46,910 bases of DNA from Clostridia bacterium (GTDB taxonomy: Bacteria > Bacillota > Clostridia > RGIG7378), in assembly GCA_045588325.1 (NCBI GenBank), contig JAZNEA010000101.1, forward strand, positions 1 to 46,910. The letters are read 5' to 3'. Position 1 is the first letter of the stretch; every line of letters starts with the position of its first letter. Positions 1 through 9,117 of this stretch are shown here, piece by piece. The notes beneath the pieces are model-generated. The model saw only the letters and a list, made by a program, of their open reading frames with translations, did not search any database and was not told where the DNA came from. The position numbers were made by a program, and so were the translations under genes.

Positions 1-6
1 AAACAC

Positions 7-30
7 AAGGCATACCTACGGGTGTGCCTT
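7..30. terminator. Intrinsic terminator-like hairpin (end of an upstream transcript)
   Basis: AAGGCATACC-TACG-GGTGTGCCTT stem-loop with a cUACGg tetraloop, followed by a T-rich run. Confidence 0.7.
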
Positions 31-81
31 TATTAAGTGCTGTGGCTGGGTATATAATGTAGGAAAAGCGAGGAGGGTGTT

Positions 82-918
82 ATGACAAAGAAAAAGAAAG
101 TAATTATTGTTGTATCTGTTCTCCTGGTGATATTTGTGGCATGGGTAATTTGGGGCAATAAAGCTTTACAGGTTAATACATATGTAGTTTCAAGTAGCAA
201 AGTACCAGAAGGCTTTGATAATTACAGAATAGCGCATGTTTCTGATTTGCATAACGATGAGTTTGGAAAAGAGAATAAAAGGCTTATAAAATTAATTAAA
301 AACTCAAAGCCAGACATAATTGTTATTACAGGAGATCTTATAGACTCAAGAAATACTAAAATTGAAGTAGCTCTTAGGTTTGCAGAACAGGCCATGCAGA
401 TAGCACCTTGTTATTACGTAACGGGTAATCATGAAGCTCGAATAGATGAGTACAAAAAACTTAAGGATGGCCTTATTGAATTAGGTGTAGTAGTGCTGGA
501 AAATGAGAAAGTAATGGTTGAATTTTCTGGAGATTATATTGCACTTTTAGGAACAGAAGATCCATCTTTTAAGGCAGGAAATAATGAGACAGTAATGACA
601 AAGGCATTACAAGAGATAGCAGAAGAGGGAAAGTACACTGTTTTATTATCCCATAGACCAGAGCTGTTTAATACTTACAGTGATTATTGTATAGATTTAG
701 TTTTAGCAGGACATGCTCATGGTGGGCAGTTTAGATTACCCTTTGTTGGAGGACTAGTTGCTCCCGACCAAGGATATTTTCCTCAATACGATAGTGGTGA
801 GTATATAGATGGGAATACCACCATGATAGTAAGTAGGGGCATTGGAAACAGTATAGTTCCAATTCGATTTAACAATCGTCCCGAGGTGGTTTTGGTAGTG
901 TTGAAAACTGAGGATTAA
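82..918 (+). CDS. Membrane-anchored metallophosphoesterase (YkuE/YaeI-like calcineurin-type)
   Basis: N-terminal TM helix; motifs SDLH, GDLID, GNHE, LLSHRPE, GHAHGGQ, SRGIG; RBS GGAGGG; AT-rich AAA/GAA codon usage. Confidence 0.9.
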   Translation: MTKKKKVIIVVSVLLVIFVAWVIWGNKALQVNTYVVSSSKVPEGFDNYRIAHVSDLHNDEFGKENKRLIKLIKNSKPDIIVITGDLIDSRNTKIEVALRFAEQAMQIAPCYYVTGNHEARIDEYKKLKDGLIELGVVVLENEKVMVEFSGDYIALLGTEDPSFKAGNNETVMTKALQEIAEEGKYTVLLSHRPELFNTYSDYCIDLVLAGHAHGGQFRLPFVGGLVAPDQGYFPQYDSGEYIDGNTTMIVSRGIGNSIVPIRFNNRPEVVLVVLKTED

Positions 919-933
919 CTAAGTAGGGGATGT

Positions 934-1344
934 ATGAGAAGAACAGAAGTGTTTGAAATGCTGTCCAGATTATTACAGTTTAAGACAATAAAAGATAGTC
1001 AGGGCAATGAGTATGTCCTGTTTGCTGAGAATAAGCTATCTGACCCAATAGAGGGAATAGAGGATAGGACTGCTTTTGAGGCAGTAGAGAATCATATTCA
1101 CATACTGAAGGATATTAAGAGGAAAGAATTCGATAAATTAGGATCAAGTGCAAAGGCAGTGGGAGAAGTTGTATTTAACAAATTGCAGCTTGCTTATCCT
1201 GATAAGAAGTTTGTAGTGTATGTCTCTCTAAAGCTTGGGGATTCAATGATTGTAAGGTTCCATCAAGTTTGGGATGGTGAAGAACCGTATTACGATGTAA
1301 CGAGCTTTAACTCTAATCGACAGAAGATGTATTGCTTCTATTAA
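934..1344 (+). CDS. Hypothetical protein (136 aa)
   Basis: RBS AGGGGA; motif DRTAFEAxENHIHI...YPDKKFVV...IVRFHQ; AT-rich like the upstream gene. Confidence 0.75.
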   Translation: MRRTEVFEMLSRLLQFKTIKDSQGNEYVLFAENKLSDPIEGIEDRTAFEAVENHIHILKDIKRKEFDKLGSSAKAVGEVVFNKLQLAYPDKKFVVYVSLKLGDSMIVRFHQVWDGEEPYYDVTSFNSNRQKMYCFY

Positions 1345-1362
1345 AATTTTATCCAAATAAAC

Positions 1363-1387
1363 AAGGCAGGCCATTACGGTCTGCCTT
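1363..1387. terminator. Bidirectional terminator between convergent genes
   Basis: AAGGCAGGCC-ATTAC-GGTCTGCCTT with A-rich and T-rich flanks. Confidence 0.75.
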
Positions 1388-1393
1388 AATTAA

Positions 1394-2188
1394 TTAGCTA
1401 AGCAACGCTCTGTCGCTGGCGAATTCTGTGCCGCTGGCCTTGGAGAACTGTTCCAGGAGCATCTCCACGGTGAGCTTTTTCTTTTCTTCGCCGCTAACAT
1501 CAAAGATGATGCGTCCAGCGTTCATCATGATAAGACGATTGCCGTGTGCGATAGCGTCCTTCATGTTGTGTGTAATCATCAGCGTAGTCAGCTTTTCTTC
1601 AGAGATGAATTTGTCTGTCAGGTGCAGAACCTTGTCGGCCGTCTTTGGGTCCAGAGCGGCGGTGTGCTCATCCAGCAACAGCAACTTAGGACTGTTCATG
1701 GTGGCCATCAGCAGGGTTACTGCCTGTCTCTGTCCGCCGGACAAAAGTCCTACGCGGGTTGTGAGTCTGGTATCCAGGCCCAGGTCCAACTCCTTAAGCA
1801 TTTCTTTATACTGCTGTCTCTCACTCTTGGTAATGGCCCAGCGGAGAGTGCGGGATTTGCCTCTGCGATATGCGAGAGAAAGATTTTCCTCCAGCTGCAT
1901 GTTAGCAGCAGTACCCATCATGGGGTCCTGGAAAACTCGTCCAAGGAAAGAGGCACGCTTGTGCTCAGCCATGTGGGTTACATCCTTGCCATCTATGAGG
2001 ATCTGTCCCTCATCGGGAGCAAATACACCTGCGATGATATTGAGCATGGTACTCTTGCCAGCACCATTGCCTCCGATAACGGTTACAAAGTCGCCGTCGT
2101 TGAGAGTCAGGTTAAGGTTGTCCAGAGCCAGTTTCTCGTTAACTGTGCCGGGAAAGAAAGTCTTGGAAATATTCTTGAGTTCAAGCAT
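1394..2188 (-). CDS. ABC transporter ATP-binding subunit (TrpX-type aromatic amino-acid importer family)
   Basis: Walker A GGNGAGKS, signature LSGGQRQ, Walker B LLLLDEH; start placed at the second ATG (MLELKN) for RBS spacing. Confidence 0.92.
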   Translation of the reverse strand: MLELKNISKTFFPGTVNEKLALDNLNLTLNDGDFVTVIGGNGAGKSTMLNIIAGVFAPDEGQILIDGKDVTHMAEHKRASFLGRVFQDPMMGTAANMQLEENLSLAYRRGKSRTLRWAITKSERQQYKEMLKELDLGLDTRLTTRVGLLSGGQRQAVTLLMATMNSPKLLLLDEHTAALDPKTADKVLHLTDKFISEEKLTTLMITHNMKDAIAHGNRLIMMNAGRIIFDVSGEEKKKLTVEMLLEQFSKASGTEFASDRALLS

Positions 2189-3080
2189 TGGCATGTCCTC
2201 CCTTCTTTACGGGCTTGGAAAAATACTTGGTTTTCCAATAAGGCACGGCCAGGAAGATGGCAACGACAACGGCAGACAGCATCTTGAGGAGGTCTGTATC
2301 CAAGCCAATCCAAATAACTGTCTGGTAAACGATGTAGTAAATAATACCACCACCTACAACACTGGCCAGCTTGAGGGCAAAGTTAGTAGCAATTTTGCCA
2401 AACAGAGCCTCGCCGATAATAACTGCGGCCAAACCGATAACGATGGCGCCACGACCCATGTTAATATCTGTGAAACCCTGATACTGGCACAGCAGTGCGC
2501 CGGAGAGGGCAACGATACCATTGGAAATAACCAGGCCAAGAATCTTGTTCATATTGGTGTTGATGCCCTGAGCGCGGCTCATGTTGATGTTGCAACCTGT
2601 TGCGCGGAGGGAGCATCCCAGCTCTGTACCAAAGAACCAGTACAGCAGGGCGATAAGCACAAGTACTATACCTGCCAGAATAATGATGGATGCAATCCTG
2701 TCCAACTGGGTAATAACTACGTCGTATGTGCGGGAGCTAAGGCCCTGGTTAGCCTTGCCCAATATCTTGAGGTTCACAGACCACAGCATCAGCTGGGTGA
2801 GGATACCTGCCAGAATTGGGGGAATGCCCATAGCAGTATGGAACAAACCAGTGACCAGACCAGTAAGCATGCCTGCCAACAGTGCTGCAATCATTGCGAG
2901 CCAGACATTAACGCCATTGATAACCAGCATGGTGCAAACCGCTGCACCTGTGCAGATAGAGCCGTCAACGGTCAAGTCAGCCATGTCCAGTAACTTATAT
3001 GTAATGTAGACACCTATTGCCATTATGCCCCAGATAATACCTTGAGCAATGGCACCAGGCAGTGCATTAATAAAACCCAT
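2181..3080 (-). CDS. ABC transporter permease (BPD_transp_2 type)
   Basis: Multiple TM helices; DLTVDGS, GCSLRATG, GxGAIVIGLAAVIIGE motifs. Confidence 0.92.
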   Translation of the reverse strand: MGFINALPGAIAQGIIWGIMAIGVYITYKLLDMADLTVDGSICTGAAVCTMLVINGVNVWLAMIAALLAGMLTGLVTGLFHTAMGIPPILAGILTQLMLWSVNLKILGKANQGLSSRTYDVVITQLDRIASIIILAGIVLVLIALLYWFFGTELGCSLRATGCNINMSRAQGINTNMNKILGLVISNGIVALSGALLCQYQGFTDINMGRGAIVIGLAAVIIGEALFGKIATNFALKLASVVGGGIIYYIVYQTVIWIGLDTDLLKMLSAVVVAIFLAVPYWKTKYFSKPVKKGGHANA

Positions 3081-3097
3081 TTCTATCTCTCCAATAA

Positions 3098-4063
3098 TTA
3101 ATTAAGAGGTGTGTAACCTTCGGGAATAGTGAGTCCAAGGGCCTCGCAGTTCTCCTTGTTGTACATCTTGGTAGGTGTGGGAGCGTACTGAATAGCCATT
3201 GTGCTGATGTCAGCCTTGCCCTCGAGAATGTCTGCAGCCATCTCGCCTGTCTTGTAGCCCAGATCATAGTAGCTGATGGACAATGTGAATACGCCGCAGC
3301 CCTTGCATGTGCCAGCCTCACCAGCAACAACGGGAACCTTCTTAGGCAGGCAAGCGTTGTTGATAGTCTCTGTGCAAGAAGCAGCAGTGTTGTCTGTGGG
3401 GATGTAGATAACATCACTCTCAGAAGCAGCATTCTCAGCAACGAGAGCTACGTCGTTGGAGTCAGTGAATGCAAAGTCCTTAACAGTAAGGCCCTTTCCC
3501 TCGAGGTAAGCCTTAACAACCTGTACCTGGTACTTGGAATTGGCCTCTGCAGAGCAGTAGAGCAGACCAACAGTCTTTGCCTCGGGGAACAGGTCGATAA
3601 TCATCTGTGCCTGCTCGTCCAAAGGAGCCAGGTCGGATGTGCCTGAAACGTTGGAACCTACAACACCAGTAAAGTTGTCAATGCTGAGAGCAACGCCGTA
3701 CTCTGTAACAGATGTGCCCAGGATCGGAATAGTGGTTGTGGCGGCAACACAAGCCTGAAGGGCAGGAGTTGCATTGGCCATAATCAAATCAACGTTCTTG
3801 GAAGCAAAGTTGTTTGCGATAGTGGAACATGTGTTAGTGTCGTTAGCAGCATTCTGATAATCGAAATTAACATTTTCTTCACCAAGTCTGTCGATAAGAG
3901 CCTGCTTAAAGCCCTCTGTTGCTGCATCAAGAGCCTCGTGGTCAACCAACTGCAGGATACCAATGGTGTAGCCCTGCTTGCCACAGCTAGAAAAAACCAT
4001 TGCCATAGAAGCCAGCATGGCAACTACGAGCACAAGTGAGAGAATTTGTTTAAAAAGTTTCAT
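3098..4063 (-). CDS. ABC substrate-binding lipoprotein (ABC_sub_bind, Trp/Tyr/Phe-type)
   Basis: Lipobox FSSC; IGILQLVDHEALD, ANATPA, NVSGTSD, PTDN motifs. Confidence 0.9.
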   Translation of the reverse strand: MKLFKQILSLVLVVAMLASMAMVFSSCGKQGYTIGILQLVDHEALDAATEGFKQALIDRLGEENVNFDYQNAANDTNTCSTIANNFASKNVDLIMANATPALQACVAATTTIPILGTSVTEYGVALSIDNFTGVVGSNVSGTSDLAPLDEQAQMIIDLFPEAKTVGLLYCSAEANSKYQVQVVKAYLEGKGLTVKDFAFTDSNDVALVAENAASESDVIYIPTDNTAASCTETINNACLPKKVPVVAGEAGTCKGCGVFTLSISYYDLGYKTGEMAADILEGKADISTMAIQYAPTPTKMYNKENCEALGLTIPEGYTPLN

Positions 4064-4107
4064 ATTGTCGTCTCCCTTACTAATATAAATAAAGTTTAGA
4101 TTTACCT

Positions 4108-4136
4108 ATTTGACAACTAAATGGGAAAAAAGTCAA
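4108..4136 (-). promoter_or_regulatory. sigmaA-type promoter of the ABC importer operon
   Basis: Minus strand TTGACT-17 bp-TCAAAT. Confidence 0.5.
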
Positions 4137-4205
4137 GAGGAATACGTCCCTAAGCAAGAAACAATAAATTAGATAAATAAACAATGCGAAGTATTGGGCA
4201 GTGAG

Positions 4206-4234
4206 TTGACAGACACAGACTGCTGTGTTAATAT
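4206..4234 (+). promoter_or_regulatory. sigmaA promoter of tRNA-Leu
   Basis: TTGACA-17 bp-TAATAT. Confidence 0.75.
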
Positions 4235-4253
4235 TGTCTGCGCTAAATGACGT

Positions 4254-4341
4254 GCAGTCGTGGCGGAATTGGCAGACGCGCTAGTTTCAGGTACTAGTTT
4301 GTGTAACGCAGGTGGGGGTTCAAGTCCCCCCGACTGCACCA
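4254..4341 (+). tRNA. tRNA-Leu (anticodon CAG)
   Basis: Acceptor GCAGTCG/CGACTGC, D-loop AATTGGCAGA, anticodon arm CTAGT-TTCAGGT-ACTAG, long variable arm, T-arm GGGGG-TTCAAGT-CCCCC, encoded CCA. Confidence 0.97.
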
Positions 4342-4343
4342 TA

Positions 4344-4379
4344 AATCGACAGGTTTCGAGAGAGACCTGTCGATTTTTT
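4344..4379 (+). repeat. 36-bp direct repeat copy 1 (tRNA-Leu terminator hairpin)
   Basis: AATCGACAGGTTTCGAGAGAGACCTGTCGATTTTTT, identical to 5542..5577; hairpin plus U-tract. Confidence 0.95.
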
Positions 4380-4545
4380 TGTGTTCGGTGTTATCAAGAG
4401 CAGTTCAATCCCAACAATCGTTGTGCAGACCGCATTGTCTCTTCGTCGGGAGATTGGAGTGGAGGCGTTTCTGATCCCCCGTAACAGTACGATTGTTTTC
4501 TATCTTAATGTTTTGTGATAAAGTGTTCGTAAAGGAGGGATTCTC

Positions 4546-5487
4546 ATGAAGTTCTGCATTAAAAATGATTTAAGTATATTCGAGTTTCACGATTCTGAGT
4601 TTTCCTTTGTCAGTTTTGATGGATCGGATTTGGTCATTTCTGCGTCAATGGTAAACATTCGCAGGGGAACACCTCAGAACCCTTCCGATAACGATATGGA
4701 AATCGCTTCGACGCAGATTACTTTCAAGAATTTCAATTCTGCTACTTATGAACCAGGAAGAACTTGGAAAACAGGAGAGGATGGAAAATCGTATCCTGTT
4801 GGTCCTCTTGTAATCTATAGCGGACAGGAAGGCATTGACAGAATATTGGAAGAACTGAAATGCGGGATGACGGTTTATAACTTTGAAAAGGTAGAACGTG
4901 GTTATTCCATCGGCGGCTGCGGGGTTGAACCTTATTTCACGATTGCGTTCAATTTCGATGATGTCACCGTTTGCTGGGACGAGTACAAAAAGAAAGCATG
5001 GTATGAACTGCATCGGAAATACAAGTTTGATGCCATTTTGGATACGCCAAATGGCAACCAGGAAGTGCAGTTGATTGTCAGTTGCCACGACGAAGCAGTA
5101 TTTGTAAAAGGTGTGCGGGAAGAACCCCCAATAGTAAATGTTGGGTGTAAATACAATGGTAAAGAATACTGGGGCCAGGGCAGCGACTATTTATGGGTAG
5201 ATGCTTTTGTTGATTTACAAAGGCAACTGCCGGAAAATGCTTTGCTGAAATGCTGCTTGACGTGCAGGTATGGAAATTTGTGCCCTGTTGGTGACGTTGT
5301 TAACGAAGTATATTGTACGAAGGACGTTTTAATTGCGCAAAAGAGTGACTTATACCTCTATACGGAGGACAATATCGAGAGAGAAAAACGTGTAAGGAAG
5401 TATTGCGATTTGTGTACAGACTATCAGCCACAAACTGACAGCTTCTACACTTACAATGACTATTCCGATTTGTTAAAAAGGGACTGA
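4546..5487 (+). CDS. Hypothetical two-domain protein with a Cys-rich C-terminal domain (DUF6304-like, tentative)
   Basis: RBS AAGGAGGG; C-terminal LQRQLP..LKCCLTCRYGNLC...C...CDLC; GAA/AAA codon preference unlike host genes. Confidence 0.8.
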   Translation: MKFCIKNDLSIFEFHDSEFSFVSFDGSDLVISASMVNIRRGTPQNPSDNDMEIASTQITFKNFNSATYEPGRTWKTGEDGKSYPVGPLVIYSGQEGIDRILEELKCGMTVYNFEKVERGYSIGGCGVEPYFTIAFNFDDVTVCWDEYKKKAWYELHRKYKFDAILDTPNGNQEVQLIVSCHDEAVFVKGVREEPPIVNVGCKYNGKEYWGQGSDYLWVDAFVDLQRQLPENALLKCCLTCRYGNLCPVGDVVNEVYCTKDVLIAQKSDLYLYTEDNIEREKRVRKYCDLCTDYQPQTDSFYTYNDYSDLLKRD

Positions 5488-5541
5488 GCATCATCTGTAG
5501 AGGTGCCTCTCTGACTGATATAATATTAAGTCTACGACAAG

Positions 5542-5577
5542 AATCGACAGGTTTCGAGAGAGACCTGTCGATTTTTT
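5542..5577 (+). repeat. 36-bp direct repeat copy 2 (terminator hairpin)
   Basis: Identical to 4344..4379. Confidence 0.95.
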
Positions 5578-5695
5578 GTTCCGCGCTGCCTAGGTGCTCC
5601 CCTCTTTCTTTTTCGAAAATACTGTACTATAATCAAATGGTAAATTCTTCGCTGCATCCGCGGTATGCGTGAGCAACAGTAGAAAGGAAGTTAAT

Positions 5696-6466
5696 ATGCT
5701 TATAGCAATTGATGTTGGCAATACCAACATAGTCATCGGTGGCTTCGATGGCGATCATCTCATTTTTCAAGCCAGGATTCAGACCAATACCCACAAGACA
5801 TCAGACGAATATGCAGCTACTATTTCCGCAGTTCTTGCTAACTACGGTGTAGATTTTGACGCTGTCGCAGACACCATCATATCCTCGGTGGTGCCTCAGG
5901 TGACGGACGCCCTTGCTTCTGCCATGCAAACTCTATGCAACAGACGTCCATTTATCGTTGGTCCAGGGACAAAAACAGGCATCAACATCAGGATTGATGA
6001 CCCTGCTACATTAGGTGCAGACCTGCTGACAGACAGTGTTGCAGCAGCAGAGCAGTATGCCTTGCCTGTTATCGTGATTGACATGGGTACGGCCACAACT
6101 ATTTCCGTTGTAGACCAGAACAGAGCTTTTATCGGAGGCGCTATTATGCCTGGACTCAGATTGTCCCAGGAGGCGTTGTCAGACCGTACAGCCCAGCTGC
6201 CGCACATTGACCTTAAGTACGGTGGCAAGGTTTTGGGAACCAACACCATTGATTGTATGAAGTCAGGTGCTATTTATGGCACTGCTGCCATGCTAGACGG
6301 CATGGTTGCCAGGATTGAACAGGAGATGGGCTGCAGTTGTTCTGTAGTTGCCACAGGGGGATTGGCACAGCAGGTTTGTCAGTACACAAACTGTGGCGCA
6401 ATTTATGACCCTGACCTGATGCTCAAGGGACTGCTCTATATCTACAACCGAAACAGGAGGAAATAA
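5696..6466 (+). CDS. coaX: Type III pantothenate kinase
   Basis: IDVGNTN, ISSVVP, LGAD, IDMGTATT, GGAIMPG, ATGG motifs; start at MLIAID after RBS AAAGGAAG. Confidence 0.95.
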   Translation: MLIAIDVGNTNIVIGGFDGDHLIFQARIQTNTHKTSDEYAATISAVLANYGVDFDAVADTIISSVVPQVTDALASAMQTLCNRRPFIVGPGTKTGINIRIDDPATLGADLLTDSVAAAEQYALPVIVIDMGTATTISVVDQNRAFIGGAIMPGLRLSQEALSDRTAQLPHIDLKYGGKVLGTNTIDCMKSGAIYGTAAMLDGMVARIEQEMGCSCSVVATGGLAQQVCQYTNCGAIYDPDLMLKGLLYIYNRNRRK

Positions 6467-6467
6467 C

Positions 6468-7082
6468 ATGAACAAGAACAAAACCCGTTATCTGACAAGA
6501 CTGGCAATGCTTATTGCCGTTATGATTGTTCTGGACGTTACACCCCTGGGATACATAAAATACGGCACCATAGAGATTACCACGATGATGATCCCTGTCA
6601 TGATCGGAGCAGCGATTCTGGGTCCCACAGGAGGCGTGATTTTGGGTGCATTCTTTGGCATAACCAGCTTTATGCAGTGCCTCGGCATTCCTTCCCTCAG
6701 TCTCTTTGGCTCAACTCTCCTCAGTATTAATGGTTTTTACACATTTATAACATGCATGATTCCCAGAATTATCATGGGTCTGCTCAGCGCATATGTGTTC
6801 CGCTGGCTGAATAAGGTCCAACCTAAGGGAATTTTGTCATACATACTGTCATCCCTGACAGCAGCCTTGACAAACACAGTTCTATTTACTGGAATGGTGC
6901 TGGTTCTCTTTGGTTCAACAGAGTTCATCCAGGGCCTCAGAGGCGGTCTGTCCCTGCTGGCCTTTGTGGCTGCTTTTGTGGGGGTTAACGGCGTTATTGA
7001 GGCCATATTCTGCACTATTATCGGTGGATCATTGGCCAAGGTCCTCAGCAAGCTGGGAGAAAGAACATCCAAAACAGCATAA
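6468..7082 (+). CDS. panT: ECF transporter S component, probably pantothenate-specific (PanT-like)
   Basis: About 6 TM helices, TPLGYI..ITT.IPV.IGA..LGP motif; directly downstream of coaX. Confidence 0.8.
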   Translation: MNKNKTRYLTRLAMLIAVMIVLDVTPLGYIKYGTIEITTMMIPVMIGAAILGPTGGVILGAFFGITSFMQCLGIPSLSLFGSTLLSINGFYTFITCMIPRIIMGLLSAYVFRWLNKVQPKGILSYILSSLTAALTNTVLFTGMVLVLFGSTEFIQGLRGGLSLLAFVAAFVGVNGVIEAIFCTIIGGSLAKVLSKLGERTSKTA

Positions 7083-7083
7083 T

Positions 7084-8082
7084 TCAGGTAGAAGAGGTGT
7101 CAACTATGGTCACCCCAGTGTAATAGTGGGTTAAAATTTCCTGCCAGGATGAACCCTGACGGGACATGACCTCCGCGCCTCTCTGACACAGCCCTATTCC
7201 GTGGCCCCAGCCCAAAGTGTATATGTATACCTTGTCACTTTGGCATGACAGGGAAAAGCAGGTGGAGCGTATGCCGGTTTTGCTCCTGAAATCCACTCCA
7301 GTCATGGTTGTTTCGCCGATTGATATGCTGTTGACCCTACCGGTGTTGGCTTCTGTTATTAGAGTGATGGCATTTCCCTCCAGGGTGGTTGAGGTGGCAG
7401 AGTTTAGCTCCTGCCGGGTAAAAATATACAGTTGTCTCCTGGGCTCAAATCCAGCAAGAGATGGAGATGAGACGGCCTGCAGATACGGCACGTCATAGCC
7501 ATACACCGACTGAAATGACACTGTGGAGTAGGGACTGCTGTCGTGATACATGGCATTAATTACTTCGCCCTGGTACTCCACCTGATATCCCAGAACCTGT
7601 CTGGCACAGGACTGCATATACTCCCAATCAGCCTTTGCGGAGGCTTGTTCCGCCACGGAGCCATCCTTGCCCGAATAATAGGTAAGTTCCGTTGTGCATC
7701 CCTGACAGTGACTGGGACTGTTGCATATATCGGCCCCTCCCTTGTGGGATCCCGGAGAGTTGACCATTTTGAATTTTGCGTAGGAATAGGCGGCCACGGC
7801 CTGGGCCTTGAGGGCTTCTTCAGAAAACGTTGGCCCCATTTCCACGGCCAGTACTCCGGTCAGATATGTCAGCAAGTCCATATCCACAGCCTCTTGACCT
7901 ACCAGTACGCGTATGGTTTCTGTATGGGGATCATCCCCCTGAGGTGCTGGTGGCTCGGGAGTTTCTTTAGACCTGAGGCCTGACAGAAAAAAACAGATTG
8001 CAATGGCAGCCACAATGCAGGCTGTCCAGGATAAATAATCCCCCAGGTTGTATGACTTAATAAAATCTCTAAATCGGTGCAT
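7084..8082 (-). CDS. spoIID: Stage II sporulation protein D (lytic transglycosylase, SpoIID/LytB)
   Basis: N-terminal TM; VLAVEM catalytic Glu region, EALKAQAVAA, H..ADIC...HCQ Zn motif, GWGHGIGLCQ.GA, ILTHYY; sigmaE-like promoter. Confidence 0.88.
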   Translation of the reverse strand: MHRFRDFIKSYNLGDYLSWTACIVAAIAICFFLSGLRSKETPEPPAPQGDDPHTETIRVLVGQEAVDMDLLTYLTGVLAVEMGPTFSEEALKAQAVAAYSYAKFKMVNSPGSHKGGADICNSPSHCQGCTTELTYYSGKDGSVAEQASAKADWEYMQSCARQVLGYQVEYQGEVINAMYHDSSPYSTVSFQSVYGYDVPYLQAVSSPSLAGFEPRRQLYIFTRQELNSATSTTLEGNAITLITEANTGRVNSISIGETTMTGVDFRSKTGIRSTCFSLSCQSDKVYIYTLGWGHGIGLCQRGAEVMSRQGSSWQEILTHYYTGVTIVDTSST

Positions 8083-8111
8083 GGTTCCTCTGATTCTTTT
8101 CGTTACACAGG

Positions 8112-8141
8112 ATTATATGGTTGTCCCTGCTGGAAGTATTC
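8112..8141 (-). promoter_or_regulatory. sigmaE-like promoter of spoIID
   Basis: Minus strand GAATA-17 bp-CATATAAT. Confidence 0.65.
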
Positions 8142-8189
8142 GCCAATATTTGGTACAATTGTAAAAAGAGACTAAAGGAGGCGAACCTC

Positions 8190-8981
8190 ATGAGCAGAGC
8201 AGACCATCAGTATCTGTCTATTATTTCGGAGATTCTGGACCACGGATATTACGACACAAATCGCACCATTACCAATACATACAAGCTCCCTCACAAGATC
8301 ATGCAGTTTGATCTGGAGCAGGAGTTCCCCATACTGACGACCAAGAGAGTTGCATTCAAGACAGCGACTAAGGAGTTGCTCTGGATTTACAAGGATCATA
8401 GCAATGACGTCCGTAAGCTCCAGGAGCAAAACGTCCATATCTGGGATGAGTGGATGATGGAGGATGGCACCATCGGCACCGCATATGGCTGGATTGTGGG
8501 CAAGTACAATTTGCTGGACAACCTTATTGAGGGTATTAAGAGGGATCCACAGGGACGTAGGCACATTATGAGCCTCTGGCAGAACGAGTGGTTAGACACC
8601 GGCTCCCTTCACCCTTGTGCATTTATGACCATGTGGGATGTCACCGATGGCCGCCTTAACTGCATGCTGGTTCAGCGTTCGGCCGATATGGGTTTGGGGG
8701 TGCCCTTCAACATGTCACAGTACGCACTTCTGGCACATATTGTCGCCCAGTGCACAGGTTACAGACCGGGCATTTTTACCCACGTAATCAACAACGCTCA
8801 CATTTACGAGAACCATGTGGAGCAGCTCAGAGAGCAGCTCGCCAGATTGCCCCAGGAGTATCCTGCACCTAAGCTCTGGATTAACCCGGACAAGACCTCC
8901 ATCTACGATTTCACGCCAGATGATATCAAGCTTATTGATTACAAATTCCATGAGACCATTAAGATGGATGTATCTGTTTGA
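8190..8981 (+). CDS. thyA: Thymidylate synthase
   Basis: FPILTTK, ELLW, IWDEW, PC catalytic motif, [19 protein letters not shown]; RBS AAGGAGG before MSRAD. Confidence 0.96.
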   Translation: MSRADHQYLSIISEILDHGYYDTNRTITNTYKLPHKIMQFDLEQEFPILTTKRVAFKTATKELLWIYKDHSNDVRKLQEQNVHIWDEWMMEDGTIGTAYGWIVGKYNLLDNLIEGIKRDPQGRRHIMSLWQNEWLDTGSLHPCAFMTMWDVTDGRLNCMLVQRSADMGLGVPFNMSQYALLAHIVAQCTGYRPGIFTHVINNAHIYENHVEQLREQLARLPQEYPAPKLWINPDKTSIYDFTPDDIKLIDYKFHETIKMDVSV

Positions 8982-9011
8982 TTTGTAGCTATTATTCATC
9001 AGCATTACGAC

Positions 9012-9044
9012 ATGACCACCGCATTTAGTAGGTGGTCATTTTTT
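9012..9044 (+). terminator. thyA terminator
   Basis: ATGACCACC-10 nt-GGTGGTCAT plus T-tract. Confidence 0.8.
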
Positions 9045-9059
9045 ATGTCAAAATTCGCA

Positions 9060-9089
9060 GAATAGATGATTATTTCAATGGAAATACTA
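9060..9089 (+). promoter_or_regulatory. sigmaF-like promoter
   Basis: GAATA-15 bp-GGAAATACTA, close to the GYATA-N15-GGnnAnAHTR consensus. Confidence 0.7.
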
Positions 9090-9117
9090 TCAAAAAAGCG
9101 ATAGGAGAAAATAGAAT

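Noticed and set aside
1428-2993. 521-aa plus-strand ORF
   Set aside because: Antisense shadow of the ABC ATPase and permease; no RBS or recognisable domain
4260-4484. 74-aa ORF, and likewise 46038..46235 and 46094..46300
   Set aside because: Translations of tRNA genes
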